64,000 bases of DNA from Octopus bimaculoides (lineage: Eukaryota). The translations under genes were made by a program, and so were the position numbers. Location of the stretch: NCBI RefSeq assembly GCF_001194135.2, contig NC_068988.1, positions 90,037,475 to 90,101,474 on the forward strand, written 5' to 3'. Shown piece after piece: positions 13,496-26,109 of this stretch (positions are counted from its first letter, which is position 1; each line of letters begins with the position of its first letter). The notes below the pieces were generated by a model. It searched no databases. It worked only from the letters and a program-made list of their open reading frames with translations, and was not told the DNA's origin.

Positions 13496-14149
13496 TAAAA
13501 GCAGCACACTGAATGATTAGTGCGACTCATGTAATAGTTCAACTCAATATTACCATTCATTCTTGAAAGTATTCGAGGTTCTAGAGAGTTGTTTGGGGGT
13601 CTTCGTGTGCCTGCATAATATTTTCATTCTCCAGCTGTGTATTGCGTAAAAAAAAGGTAATTACTACCCGAAATACTTCTGCTTTTCTGCGTAAGCGTTT
13701 AATGAATAAAATCTGTGTTAATCATCTAAGAGTTCACACACAAAGTAAAATAGACATGTTAACTGAAATCTGAGGTTTAACTTTGGACGTAAAATCACTG
13801 CACAGTTGTCAGAACGAGTGCTTAAATATCCGAATTTTTCCCGGGTGTGAAAACATACATGTTCATCTGAATTATTAAATAAGTACTTTTATAGACAGCC
13901 GATGGAATTATGCATAGGGCTCAGAATGAAAATAGAAATAATAGAGTAAATCAATGAAATATATTTCAAATATGTTCCTTGCGTGTGTGTGTGTGTGTAT
14001 GTGTGTGTGTATGTGCGCGTGTGTGTGCGTGTGTATGTGCGCGTGCGTGCGTGATGCGTACGTGCGTGCGTGTGTGTATGTTTGCCAAACTTGTAAATGC
14101 ACATATTGGTCACACAATATATGTGTTTTGCTTGTACTCTTAATACCAG

Positions 14150-14263
14150 CGGAATTTTGTCGACGAAAGTTACTTTAAGACGTACAGTATTAAAAAAGCG
14201 CTGATTATCTCAAGCCCAGGCGAAGAGAATCGCCCCGGAGGTGAAAGAGAACCGTGGATGTTG
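14150..14263 (+). CDS. Candidate internal coding exon, RNFVDESYFKTYSIKKALIISSPGEENRPGGEREPWML; product unknown
   Basis: Acceptor ttttgcttgtactcttaataccag, donor TTG|gtatgt; 114 bp, phase 0-0, only one frame open, higher GC than its flanks. No homologue recognised. Confidence 0.5.
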
Positions 14264-15107
14264 GTATGTACCTCTTATTTCAGTTCATTGGCAGCGCATA
14301 TTTGGGTCACTCTCGAAAATAATTCAAATCGCTTAGATATATTCAAAGAAAATAAAAACTTTCAGTTTACATACAACAGCACCGCACAAGGAAAACAGCA
14401 TTAATTTTTCAATTAGAACCAACTCTAATAATGCAAGCGATATTGATGTATGTGCCTTGTTTAAACGCTTATTACCTGCCGAATTACGTCGCTGGGTGAT
14501 GTCACATGGATACTGTTTATATTATTAGAGCTACCTCTAACTCAATATATATATACATTTACATAGAGACACAAACACACGTTTGTGTAGGTATATGTGT
14601 ATGTATACATATATATATATATATATATANNNNNNNNNNNNNNNNNNNNNNNNNNNNNNNNNNNNNNNNNNNNNNNNNNNNNNNNNNNNNNNNNNNNNNN
14701 NNNNNNNNNNNNNNNNNNNNNNNNNNNNNNNNNNNNNNNNNNNNNNNNNNNNNNNNNNNNNNNNNNNNNNNNNNNNNNNNNNNNNNNNNNNNNNNNNNNN
14801 NNNNNNNNNNNNNNNNNNNNNNNNNNNNNNNNNNNNNNNNNNNNNNNNNNNNNNNNNNNNNNNNNNNNNNNNNNNNNNNNNNNNNNNNNNNNNNNNNNNN
14901 NNNNNNNNNNNNNNNNNNNNNNNNNNNNNNNNNNNNNNNNNNNNNNNNNNNNNNNNNNNNNNNNNNNNNNNNNNNNNNNNNNNNNNNNNNNNNNNNNNNN
15001 NNNNNNNNNNNNNNNNNNNNNNNNNNNNNNNNNNNNNNNNNNNNNNNNNNNNNNNNNNNNNNNNNNNNNNNNNNNNNNNNNNNNNNNNNNNNTATATATA
15101 TATATAT

Positions 15108-15146
<39 letters not shown>

Positions 15147-15241
15147 AAAAAGATTAATAATTAAGGGTCCTACACGTAGCACCAGCATGCTAAATATAGC
15201 AGTCAGAAGACGACTACAGCAACAGATTTTCACTGATACAT

Positions 15242-15556
15242 ATTAATTGAAATCAGCGAATGAACAAAAGTCCTAAGTCCCCGTATCATTAAGGAAAAGA
15301 ATCGTAAACTGAAAAACCAAACATGGCCGTATCGTCAAGATTTCAAACTTTGTGAAAATGTCGCTTAGTTATACTCAGCGAGGCATGCTGACCCAAGGGT
15401 CATAGAAACTGCCCATCTCAACAATGTGTGCAATGTCATTTTCACAAAGTTTGAAACCGTGACGATACGGGTATGTCTGGCTTTTCAAGTTACGATTCTT
15501 CTGCTTATTGGTACGGGGACTTAGAATTTTTGTTCATTCCCCCGATTAAAATTAAT
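15242..15556. mobile_element. Foldback/MITE-like element with about 120-bp inverted arms
   Basis: Left arm attaattgaaatcagcgaatgaacaaaagtcctaagtccccgtatc...ttcaaactttgtgaaaatg is the reverse complement (with substitutions) of the right arm ending ...cccgattaaaattaat. Confidence 0.8.
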
Positions 15557-15560
15557 GTGC

Positions 15561-15857
15561 TATTTCTTTACTACCCACAAGGGGCTACACACAGAGGGGA
15601 CAAACAAAGACAGACAAACGGATTAAGTCGATTATATCAACCCCAGTGCGTAACTGGTACTTATTTAATCGACCCCGAGAGGATGAAAGGCAAAGTCGAC
15701 CTCGGCGGAATTTGAACTCAGAACGTAGCGGCAGACGAAATACCTATTTCGTTATTGCCCACAAGGGGCTAAACATAGAGGGAACAAACAAGAACAGACG
15801 AACGGATTAAGTCGATTACATCGACCCCAGTGGGTAACTGGTACTTAATTTATCGAC
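15561..15857 (-). mobile_element. Head-to-tail tandem of a SINE family A derivative (184-bp monomer), truncated by a gap
   Basis: Unit 1 is 15561-15744; unit 2 starts at 15745 and runs into Ns at 15858. Confidence 0.85.
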
Positions 15858-16708
15858 NNNNNNNNNNNNNNNNNNNNNNNNNNNNNNNNNNNNNNNNNNN
15901 NNNNNNNNNNNNNNNNNNNNNNNNNNNNNNNNNNNNNNNNNNNNNNNNNNNNNNNNNNNNNNNNNNNNNNNNNNNNNNNNNNNNNNNNNNNNNNNNNNNN
16001 NNNNNNNNNNNNNNNNNNNNNNNNNNNNNNNNNNNNNNNNNNNNNNNNNNNNNNNNNNNNNNNNNNNNNNNNNNNNNNNNNNNNNNNNNNNNNNNNNNNN
16101 NNNNNNNNNNNNNNNNNNNNNNNNNNNNNNNNNNNNNNNNNNNNNNNNNNNNNNNNNNNNNNNNNNNNNNNNNNNNNNNNNNNNNNNNNNNNNNNNNNNN
16201 NNNNNNNNNNNNNNNNNNNNNNNNNNNNNNNNNNNNNNNNNNNNNNNNNNNNNNNNNNNNNNNNNNNNNNNNNNNNNNNNNNNNNNNNNNNNNNNNNNNN
16301 NNNNNNNNNNNNNNNNNNNNNNNNNNNNNNNNNNNNNNNNNNNNNNNNNNNNNNNNNNNNNNNNNNNNNNNNNNNNNNNNNNNNNNNNNNNNNNNNNNNN
16401 NNNNNNNNNNNNNNNNNNNNNNNNNNNNNNNNNNNAAATTTTATAATTATAAGCATACTCATAATTAGAGTTCAGCAAAATTGCTTCACCACATACCGAA
16501 ATTTAGAAATAGCAGTTAAATACTATTCCACTACCCTACTATATCTCCTAGACAGCAATACTCCCAACTCACGCAGGCAAAGAGAAGACATAACGCATCT
16601 ACCCGGCTTTGATCAACTATATACGTGTTTCTGGTTTTAAAAATGTAAACTATCATTTTTTTTTACTCACTATATTACTTGCTATAGTCGCTATATTACC
16701 TGCTAGGC

Positions 16709-17374
16709 TTAATACTTCAATGTGTAGGTGGAGGGGATAATTAGATGTGGAAATTGTGTGGGATTCTGTGTGGAGTTGGTGTCAGATGAAGAGAGGTACT
16801 GACTGGAGCTCATATAGCGCAAAGGAACGAAGAGAGAAGATAAATTCTGTTCACGGCGAAAGCTGGAGTCCGGGTAGTCCCTGTGCAGAGACATTCCGAA
16901 CACAAACAGATGTTGTAGCACTAAAGCGGGGTGTGACTGCCGTGCCTGATGTCTCAGAAGTACTCCGCGAACTGGTCAGCCAAGAGGTGTCCCGTTTGAC
17001 CAATGTACAGGGATGGACAGAGAGAGAGAGCTGGAGATGCAGTAAATTACATTATTAGACGTGCAGATAAAGAAGGCGGTGACGTCATAGGGATGGTGTT
17101 AAGTGTCATTGAGGATGCAAGTGTGACAGCGTGGGTCGAAGCAGGGAAGGACTCAGGCTGAGAGGTAGGAGTGGAGAAGGAAGGTCACGAAGTTTATGGG
17201 ATCATTTGAAGGAGGGAAGGAGTAGGTTAATGAAGATATATGAGGTGGGGTCGGGCTGGCCAGTGAGGACGGTAGTGTTGCAGAGGTAGGGGCAGGTGAG
17301 ACAGCATGGGCGGAAGCAAAAAAAGACAGTCTGAGAGGCAGGGAAGAAACTGTAGACCAGGAGGTCATGCAAGC
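16709..17374 (-). mobile_element. Penelope-like element remnant: Cys-rich linker and GIY-YIG endonuclease, degenerate
   Basis: Minus strand reads HKLRDL, PCFDPRCHTC, FICTSNNVIYCIS, CPSLYIGQTGHLLADQFAEY, QHLFVFGMSLHR..SSFRREQNL. Confidence 0.85.
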
Positions 17375-17394
17375 TATATATACATATATGTATG

Positions 17395-17451
<57 letters not shown>

Positions 17452-17786
17452 NNNNNNNNNNNNNNNNNNNNNNNNNNNNNNNNNNNNNNNNNNNNNNNNN
17501 NNNNNNNNNNNNNNNNNNNNNNNNNNNNNNNNNNNNNNNNNNNNNNNNNNNNNNNNNNNNNNNNNNNNNNNNNNNNNNNNNNNNNNNNNNNNNNNNNNNN
17601 NNNNNNNNNNNNNNNNNNNNNNNNNNNNNNNNNNNNNNNNNNNNNNNNNNNNNNNNNNNNNNNNNNNNNNNNNNNNNNNNNNNNNNNNNNNNNNNNNNNN
17701 NNNNNNNNNNNNNNNNNNNNNNNNNNNNNNNNNNNNNNNNNNNNNNNNNNNNNNNNNNNNNNNNNNNNNNNNNNNNNNNNNNNNNN

Positions 17787-18047
17787 TCAGGCTGAGAGGT
17801 AGGAGTGGAGAAGGAAGGTCACGAAGTTTATGGGATCATTTGAAGGAGGGAAGGAGTAGGTTAATGAAGATATATGAGGTGGGGTCGGGCTGGCCAGTGA
17901 GGACGGTAGTGTTGCAGAGGTAGGGGCAGGTGAGACAGCATGGGCGGAAGCAAAAAAAGACAGTCTGAGAGGCAGGGAAGAAACTGTAGACCAGGAGGTC
18001 ATGCAAGCTATATATACATATATGTATGTATATATATATATATGTAT
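17787..18047. other. Exact duplicate of 17153-17413 across an N gap (likely assembly or haplotype overlap)
   Basis: Identical 261 bp including the flanking microsatellite; offset 634. Confidence 0.8.
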
Positions 18048-18108
18048 GTATGTATATGTGTGTGTGTTTATGTATATATGTGTGCATATATATGTTTTAA
18101 TATATACG

Positions 18109-18146
<38 letters not shown>

Positions 18147-18804
18147 CGTGTGTGTGTCTTTGTATTTCAATATAAATCGTTATGCATAGTCTATCACCGG
18201 AGATCTATGTGTGTTTCTGTCATTAAGCGTGGAGACTGGTAGCATATGCACACTTTTCTTAGGAAGAAAATGCCTATGAATTGAAGTAAAAAATGGCACC
18301 ATCAATAAGGAAATCGATAAAAAGCTTGATGTCAAATTTTGGACACAAAATCTATAATCTAATCAATAATGATCCGTATTATATAAAATTAAAGACACGT
18401 GAATATGATGTCCCATAACACATCGAAAATGTAGTGTTAAGCTTATTAGATCTTATGCTTTACTGCAATTTCATAGTGTTCCTCCCCCATGCTACATTAT
18501 GGTGCAGGAATCCTGTATCAATAATAGCTGTATCGTATCATTTATAACAGCGCTGATTTTCAATAATCCACAATTTTATGTTATCATTTGATTTTTAGGG
18601 TTGTGCATTTGATATGAGAATATGTATAATACTTCTTCCTACAGTGGGATTATAATGATAGCTAAGATACCATACAACTACGAAGATTACAAGGAGTTGG
18701 TATCATTTGAGCATTGGATACAATGAATTCCAATATTTGCTCCGACTAAGACAGAGCCGTTTACACGCTGTGCAAATTGCCTGTCTTTAACTTCTGTGTT
18801 CTTA

Positions 18805-18930
18805 TTCTGGCGAGGTCGACTTAACCTATCATCCTTTCGAAGTCGAGAAAAGAAAGTATCAAAAGCACTGGGGTCGATGTAATCAACTAGCACCTCCCAA
18901 CAAAATTCAGCCGTGTTACTATAGCAAACA
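18805..18930 (+). mobile_element. SINE family A, 5'-truncated
   Basis: cgaggtcgacttaacctatcatcctttcg...cactggggtcgatgtaatcaact. Confidence 0.7.
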
Positions 18931-18982
18931 GGAACATTGGCACCGATGTTCTACGGTCTGAGTTCAAATCGTGTCGTGTATC

Positions 18983-19045
18983 ATACATCATCTCTACATC
19001 CTGTCCTAAAGTGATATTTTGGGACAGGATGTAGAGATGGTGTAT
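18983..19045 (+). other. 28-bp stem, 7-nt loop hairpin
   Basis: atacatcatctctacatcctgtcctaaa / tttgggacaggatgtagagatggtgtat; both mismatches are U-G pairs on the + strand. Confidence 0.85.
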
Positions 19046-19194
19046 TGAATTGGCTCTAGTAGTTCAGCTAATTAGACGAACAATATCGATTTTCTAGAAA
19101 CTTTAGTTCCAAAGCCTTTCCGGATTACTGATTTTTCACGATCAGGAATAATGATGACTCTATGAGTCATCATTCTAAATAAAAATAGATATAA

Positions 19195-19345
19195 GCTGGC
19201 GCTCCGCCGGTTCTGTCGACGAGTGTTCCTGTTGATATTATTAACGGAAGAGCTGGCTTTTGAAATTAACGTGCAAGTGACTGTACTCCATAAACACACG
19301 TAATCTTAATGCATTTCCCAGGGAGATTCGGCGTGATAGAGAATG
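19195..19345 (-). mobile_element. Degenerate 3' tail of SINE family D
   Basis: gaaattaacgtgcaagtgactgtactcc...cagggagattcggcgtga is the reverse complement of the 57420-57550 segment. Confidence 0.65.
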
Positions 19346-22266
19346 AGGCAAGATTTACTATTCATTATTGCTAGGAGAGTGGACCAGATCAACGTGAAAT
19401 AAAGCGACCTGCCCAAGGAAACACAATAGATATTAAACTCTCATAAATAATAAACTTTTACCTTATTATGATTGACAAAATTTTTATTAATACTATACTG
19501 TGCAAGACACTAGTCTGTACAAGGGATCAGTAAACTATTCTGGCTGCTGCGGAAATTGTAATATCCTACTCGTAAATGAGTACGGACTATGATGAGATTC
19601 CGGACCAGCAACGTCTAGCAATGTCCAGAATGTTGGTGCTGTACCTGCATTAGAATTTGTTCAATATCCCTTCTCATGACACTACCTTTCTATCTGTATA
19701 TACAAAGGCACACGTACTCATATACACACATACACATATATAAATGTGTATGTGTGTTTGTGTCTGTAATTGTACCTAGCTCCAAGCTTGTGCTATCGTT
19801 CTTCTTGATATCAGTTCTCTATGCATTCTTAATGCAAGCTTATCATCTGAGAGCGCCGTTTTGAATTCTCACTTACAATTCAAATAACTTATCTTTCTTT
19901 TAGCCACGAAGGAATACGAGTGAAGAATGAAAGATTACCATTACAAAGCACCTTTTTATACGTCTAAGGATTTATGATAATTAAGATGTTGATTTTAATA
20001 ATAATGCTCAAAATCTGAATTTTATTTGACGTTCAACACATCCTTCTAGTGCCATAAAACATGACATGAATATCGTGAAATCGCATTTGTTTAAAAATAT
20101 CTCTAATCAGTCTTTTGTTTAGTGTCTATGAGAGAAATGATTATGTTTATATCTGGTGATCTTTCCCAATTAATAATTGAAAACATACTGAACGTATAAA
20201 GATAGATTTTAAATAAACGAGTTGTTATATTGCCTGCTAGGCTTAATACGTCGACTTAGAGTTACATTTACATGTTGCCTCTTAAGTTTAAAGTGTCAAC
20301 ATGTTTTCTATCATTTTTAAAGAGTAATCTTATTATCAGTTAAATAAAACGCTACGAAAATAAAACACAGCACTTTAATATAGAAAGAAAAGAAAAAATA
20401 AAATTGTTTACGGGACAAAAAATCCAGAAACTTATGCAGATTAGAACCTCACAAATGTTTGATAATTATCAAACCTAATTTATATCTAGAAGACGTAACA
20501 GTAGTCATTAACAGCCCGGTCGCACATTTGTTGCATCTGAATTCGATTGAATCTAATTAATGAATTGCTGGTAGTAATTTGATCAAGCTTAGAATATCGA
20601 GAGACGTTATAGATTCCACTGGGACTCGATCGTAGTATATTTTGGGAAGAACGAATGAGTCATAAAAGACTACAGATACTACATTTGCTCTGAGTACTAT
20701 TTATTTCAAGAGGCATTTTCTATACATAGACCAAGTAATTATGTAATTACAATCACGTAAAAAGTTAGTATTCATGAATTTTCTGTTGTAGTTATATATT
20801 TCTGGTCAATTATCTCCACCCATCCCTTGTCTGTTTTAACACGTTTTTGTTTAAGACTGTGATATCGATAGGAAATCTTAACATACATTCATATATCTTT
20901 TAGGAAGACTATTGTGATACGTTTAGCTACATATCACTTATAAGGAAAGTGATTCCATCTTATATTTGTATTTCTACTTTTAGTATCATTTGTGTTACTA
21001 TACTTATTTCAGACTGTCATTGAAACTGCATTTGATTACGGCATGGGATTCATTATGTAAATATTTCTTTCAATTGATAGAATAGACATATGTTTAGTAA
21101 TATAGTTCGTAGTTGGGTTTTGATCATGGGAATTTGGGTAGTATTTATATTGAGGCATACCTTTCTTTCGTTGTGTTTAAGTTAATGCTTTCGCTGATTT
21201 TAGCTTTAATATTGCACACCTGTAATTTACACGTGATAAGTTTGTTTTTATTGAAACTTTTACACTGATTTCACTAATAATGATAATAATAGCTTTTCAC
21301 GCTTTTCAGAGTATTCCCATTTATCCCAGTATTGTCTTATATTAGTGAATTCCGTTTTTAGTGTGTATGGGGTATGACAAATTATGAAATAGCTGCTCCT
21401 TGACAGTTGTCTACTTGAACACTGAAATGTTCATTGTAGCGCTTCGAAACGGAAGGAATCGTCAAAAGTTGTAGTGATACAGTAATGCTTCCCAGCAATC
21501 ATAACGAGTATTCTACACATAAACTGGTAATATTCTGCACTAGTGAGATGCTTGGATATACAAAAGCTGGATACTTTTAACTACATGATTGAGGGATTTA
21601 CGTATTTCTCTTGTGTTATACCTGTTTGTGTTGCACTTGTATAATAGAAATTATATTTTATTTCCTTTTGTTTAGATATAGCAAACTGACATTTTCTTTA
21701 GCTGCTGACTCCATATTGCTGATGTGACCCTGTAAAACAATGTATAGTTCCCATGGTCGGAGGTGCTCTATTCATTTTACTAAATTTAACGTATTTCGGA
21801 TAACATTGGGGTAGTTATAAAAATCGTTTCGTCATCAGATTGATTTAAGGCCAATTCGAACTTATCGACACCCATAACTTCCGCTTGATTATGTAGTGGT
21901 TCGAAGTCAGATTTATTGTCCAACGATGTGTTGTTCGTGACAATGACGGACAAGAATGTATCTCGTTCCAGTTGGTTTACGAAGTGAGCTATGTTTTATA
22001 TTTGTAGCTATCATATAACGAAATAGCTCTCTCTCTCTCTCTCACTCATGGTATTTGGAGGTGATTGGTATAATTAAATTTAAAGAATACACTGTAATAA
22101 ACGAAGGGATTTAGAATGTTGCAAAGGCAGAATTTTGCATGTCAGTTTAATGTATAGTAAACTAAGCTGGAAGAAACGAAATTATGATATATAAATATAT
22201 GAGAAAAATATACTATATTGAACATTCATCGTCAAAAGTTATACACATAGCTAAAGATAGATAGAC

Positions 22267-22323
<57 letters not shown>

Positions 22324-22732
22324 GATAGATAGATAGATAAGTAGAGAGAGAGAGAGAGATTCTTATGTATATACACATATGAATAGAGGGATAAATAGGT
22401 GGATAGATTGATAAATATGTATTTTGATGGGCATTTATACATTTAATATATATATATATATAGATCACATACATAGAAACGTACAAAGATACATACAAAT
22501 AGATGCATACATAGATAAATAGACAGACAGATACATAGGTAGATGGAAAGAAAAAAAAGAAACTTCATCTGTTCTTATCTAGTGTTTATGAAAGCACGGG
22601 CTTCTTTTGCGCTCTTTGATTGAATATTGCTGATTGACAAAATTACTATGTACATAGCAGCATCAATTCAAGCGCTTCTTTGCAGTACGAGGTTTGATGA
22701 TATGACAATTCATGTGCATATACGTACATATA

Positions 22733-22770
<38 letters not shown>

Positions 22771-23834
22771 NNNNNNNNNNNNNNNNNNNNNNNNNNNNNN
22801 NNNNNNNNNNNNNNNNNNNNNNNNAACATGCACACATATGTATGTAAATACATATATCATACAATATTCATACATGAACTTATGTATATGTGCATGTACA
22901 TTTATATATATATATATATATATATACTCTCACGTGCACGAAATATATATGCCTGTGAATATGATGCATGAATATATTTTTCTTCTCCCTCTATAAATAC
23001 ATACTTCATCAAACCTCGCTCTTCGTACAACATGATCGATACAAGCAATAATAACACGATGTACACCATTCTACATCCACTGTATCAAATATCCCATCTT
23101 TCTCGTTTCCAATAAAGACCGATTTAATACAACACTCCATGTGTGTATATCTTTCATCAATTTTTTTTTTTATCTATTTATTTTCCTAACGTGTTCCTAA
23201 TGAAAGGAACGTCCTGCTGCCTTTTCTATCAGAGTGTCTACGATGAAGCTGAATGTAAGTAGTGCTTTACGACAAAAAAAAAAAAAAAGGTTTCCTGGAG
23301 ATCATTTACACTTGATATTCATGCTGATAGAGATAATGATAACTAGTGTTGGCTGCCATATTAAAATAAGCTCTTAAAAGAGAAAAAAAGATATTTTCTG
23401 ATATGCTTCACTATGTGTGTGTGTGTTTTTTGGTGTATACAATATGATGTGTTGCTTAACTGGGTGATTAAGAAATCAAAAGTTTCATGTTCTCATGATT
23501 TAGAGTGTACTGTCATGAAATCGTTCCATCGCATCTGACTTCTTATTCATGCCAAACCACTCAAAATACATGCATATATTGACTCACATGCGCGCAAGTA
23601 CACACACATACACCCCCATTTATGTGTGTGTATGTGTGTGTTTGTGTGTATGTGTGTGTGTGCAAATAAATATATACATATATACATGCATACATACCTG
23701 CATAGAGAGATAGATAGATAGATAGATAGATAGATGATAGAGAAATAGATATAGCATAATCATAATAAACATTTATATGAGTATAAATTATATATATATA
23801 CGTATGTGTGTGTTTGTGTGTGTGCGCGTGTGTA

Positions 23835-23884
<50 letters not shown>

Positions 23885-23885
23885 A

Positions 23886-23916
<31 letters not shown>

Positions 23917-24242
23917 CACACACAGAGGGTGCAGTGAATAAATTGTCGTCTAAATTACGCAAAACTGAAAATAACATTTATATTTGATTTTAACAGATGC
24001 ATATTTACCAAACTTATATAAAATTATCTTGAAATACCAGGGAGTAAATTTATTGAAGCCTACGAAAGCATACGAAACGCTTACGAGAATATAGAGCTCT
24101 AAATACTAAACATATACTAAAAATATATTCACAGAGACTCTTTTAGAAATTGCATATCTAAAGTAACTTCATATATAGTTTAACATTATTTATAAAGGGG
24201 ATCATATACCAGCTGCCAATATAAAGGCATTGTTCTTTTGTA

Positions 24243-25435
24243 TTGAGTTAACAAGAAACTAATCTGTTTTTTTTTTATTTTTGTGCGTGAAATAAAAGTA
24301 ATTTTGTAATCATACAAAGAATAAACTTTAATCAATTATATATTCTCCATTCTATTCGATAACATTTTCCCATCTTTCTGGCAAATTCATGATTCCGGAC
24401 TCATGGACTTTATCATCCTTATCAGCCCAAAACTGAAGCAACTGTGATTTCAGATCAGTTTTCTGATTCAAAATATTTTAAAAATAAACGGTAATCTAAT
24501 GGTGCAAGATCAGGGCCATATGGTGAATGTGACATCATTTCCCAACCATGCTCCGATAATTTTTCACGAGGTAGTAAAGACGTGTATGGTCTAGCGTTTT
24601 CATGGCAGAACACGGTTCCTTTACGATTTGCCAATTCTGGTCGTTTTTCTTTGATTGCATTCTCCAGTTTCATTAGTTGTTGACCGTGAACATCTGGATT
24701 GACTCTTTGGTTCCTTGTAAGCATCGCAAAATACACAACACCTTTGTAATGCCACCTTTTTCTGATGTACTTCAGCATTCGATGTAGCTTGTGCTGGTTC
24801 ATTACGCTTAGACCATGATCATTTTTGATTGATGTTATTGAAGACATTCCATTTTCATCACCAGTGATGCATGTCTCAAGTATTGATTCGTTGTGGTAAG
24901 TGACTCTCTTTCAATTTATGTGGAACCCAAATAAGGAGTCCAAAACGTTTAAAGTGATTTTTTAGTCGTTTTGTGTGATACATTTACCCTCTCTGCAATC
25001 TCGCGCACTGTTTTATCACAATCAAATTCAATTATGGCTTTTATTCAGTCATCATCAACTTGAGTAGGTCGACCAAAACTCTGATCATCTTTGAGTGAAA
25101 AATCTTCGGAACAGAATTTTAAAACCCATTTCTGACATGTGCGTTCTGTTAAGCAATCAATACCATAAACTTCACACATCTCTTTGTGAACCTCAGCAGC
25201 TTTCTGGCCCTTATGGAGATAAAACAGCAACATATGGCGAAAATGTTCGTTTCTGCACTCCATGTTAAAATTGCCATTGAATACAAAATTAAGTGCAATT
25301 TGCTTCGAAGGTACGCTAAAAGTAACGGCTATCAAATGTCAAAAGGAAAAATCATAACATTGCTGAAAGGTTTCTTCAGAAGAGTCGTAAATCTATGTAT
25401 TTGCGAAAAACGAAATTACTTTCTTGCCAATCCAA
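24243..25435 (-). mobile_element. Near-full-length degenerate mariner (DD34D, Mos1-like) element
   Basis: N-terminus MECRNEHFRHMLLFY..W..KF..D..GRP; C-terminus KRPELANRKGTVFCHENARPY..SPYGPDLAPLDY, GIMNLPERWENVI. Imperfect TIRs ttgagttaacaagaaactaatc / ttggattggcaagaaagtaatt, with TA at 24241-2 and TG at 25436-7. Confidence 0.9.
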
Positions 25436-25454
25436 TGTTATGTTTCGCCTCTGC

Positions 25455-25497
<43 letters not shown>

Positions 25498-25620
25498 TGT
25501 CTGTCTGTCTGTCTGTCTGTGTCTGTGTGCGTGTGTGCGCGTTTGCCTGTGTGTGTGTTCGTGTGTGGAAAAGCTTATGTCTGTTTATGTATGCCTACGC
25601 CACACTCTCTGAAGTGTTCG

Positions 25621-25655
<35 letters not shown>

Positions 25656-25769
25656 TTATTCAGATGCATACGTCTTTATATATATATATATATGTACGCA
25701 TATGGTGCTCCAGCATGGCCGAAGTCAAATGACTGGAACAAGTTAAAGAGTAATATATATGTGTGTGTG

Positions 25770-26067
<298 letters not shown>

Positions 26068-26109
26068 TACAAGGAAATTTATTTGCTAATACATTTTTTC
26101 ATTACATAA

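Noticed and set aside
19540-19655. Exon-like - strand frame GTAPTFWTLLDVAGPESHH...
   Set aside because: Short, ends in a stop, and may be a decayed repeat (possibly Helitron-related); it cannot be supported either way.
21790-21990. 69-codon stop-free - strand frame
   Set aside because: Weak acceptor and no homology; many such frames are expected by chance in 64 kb.
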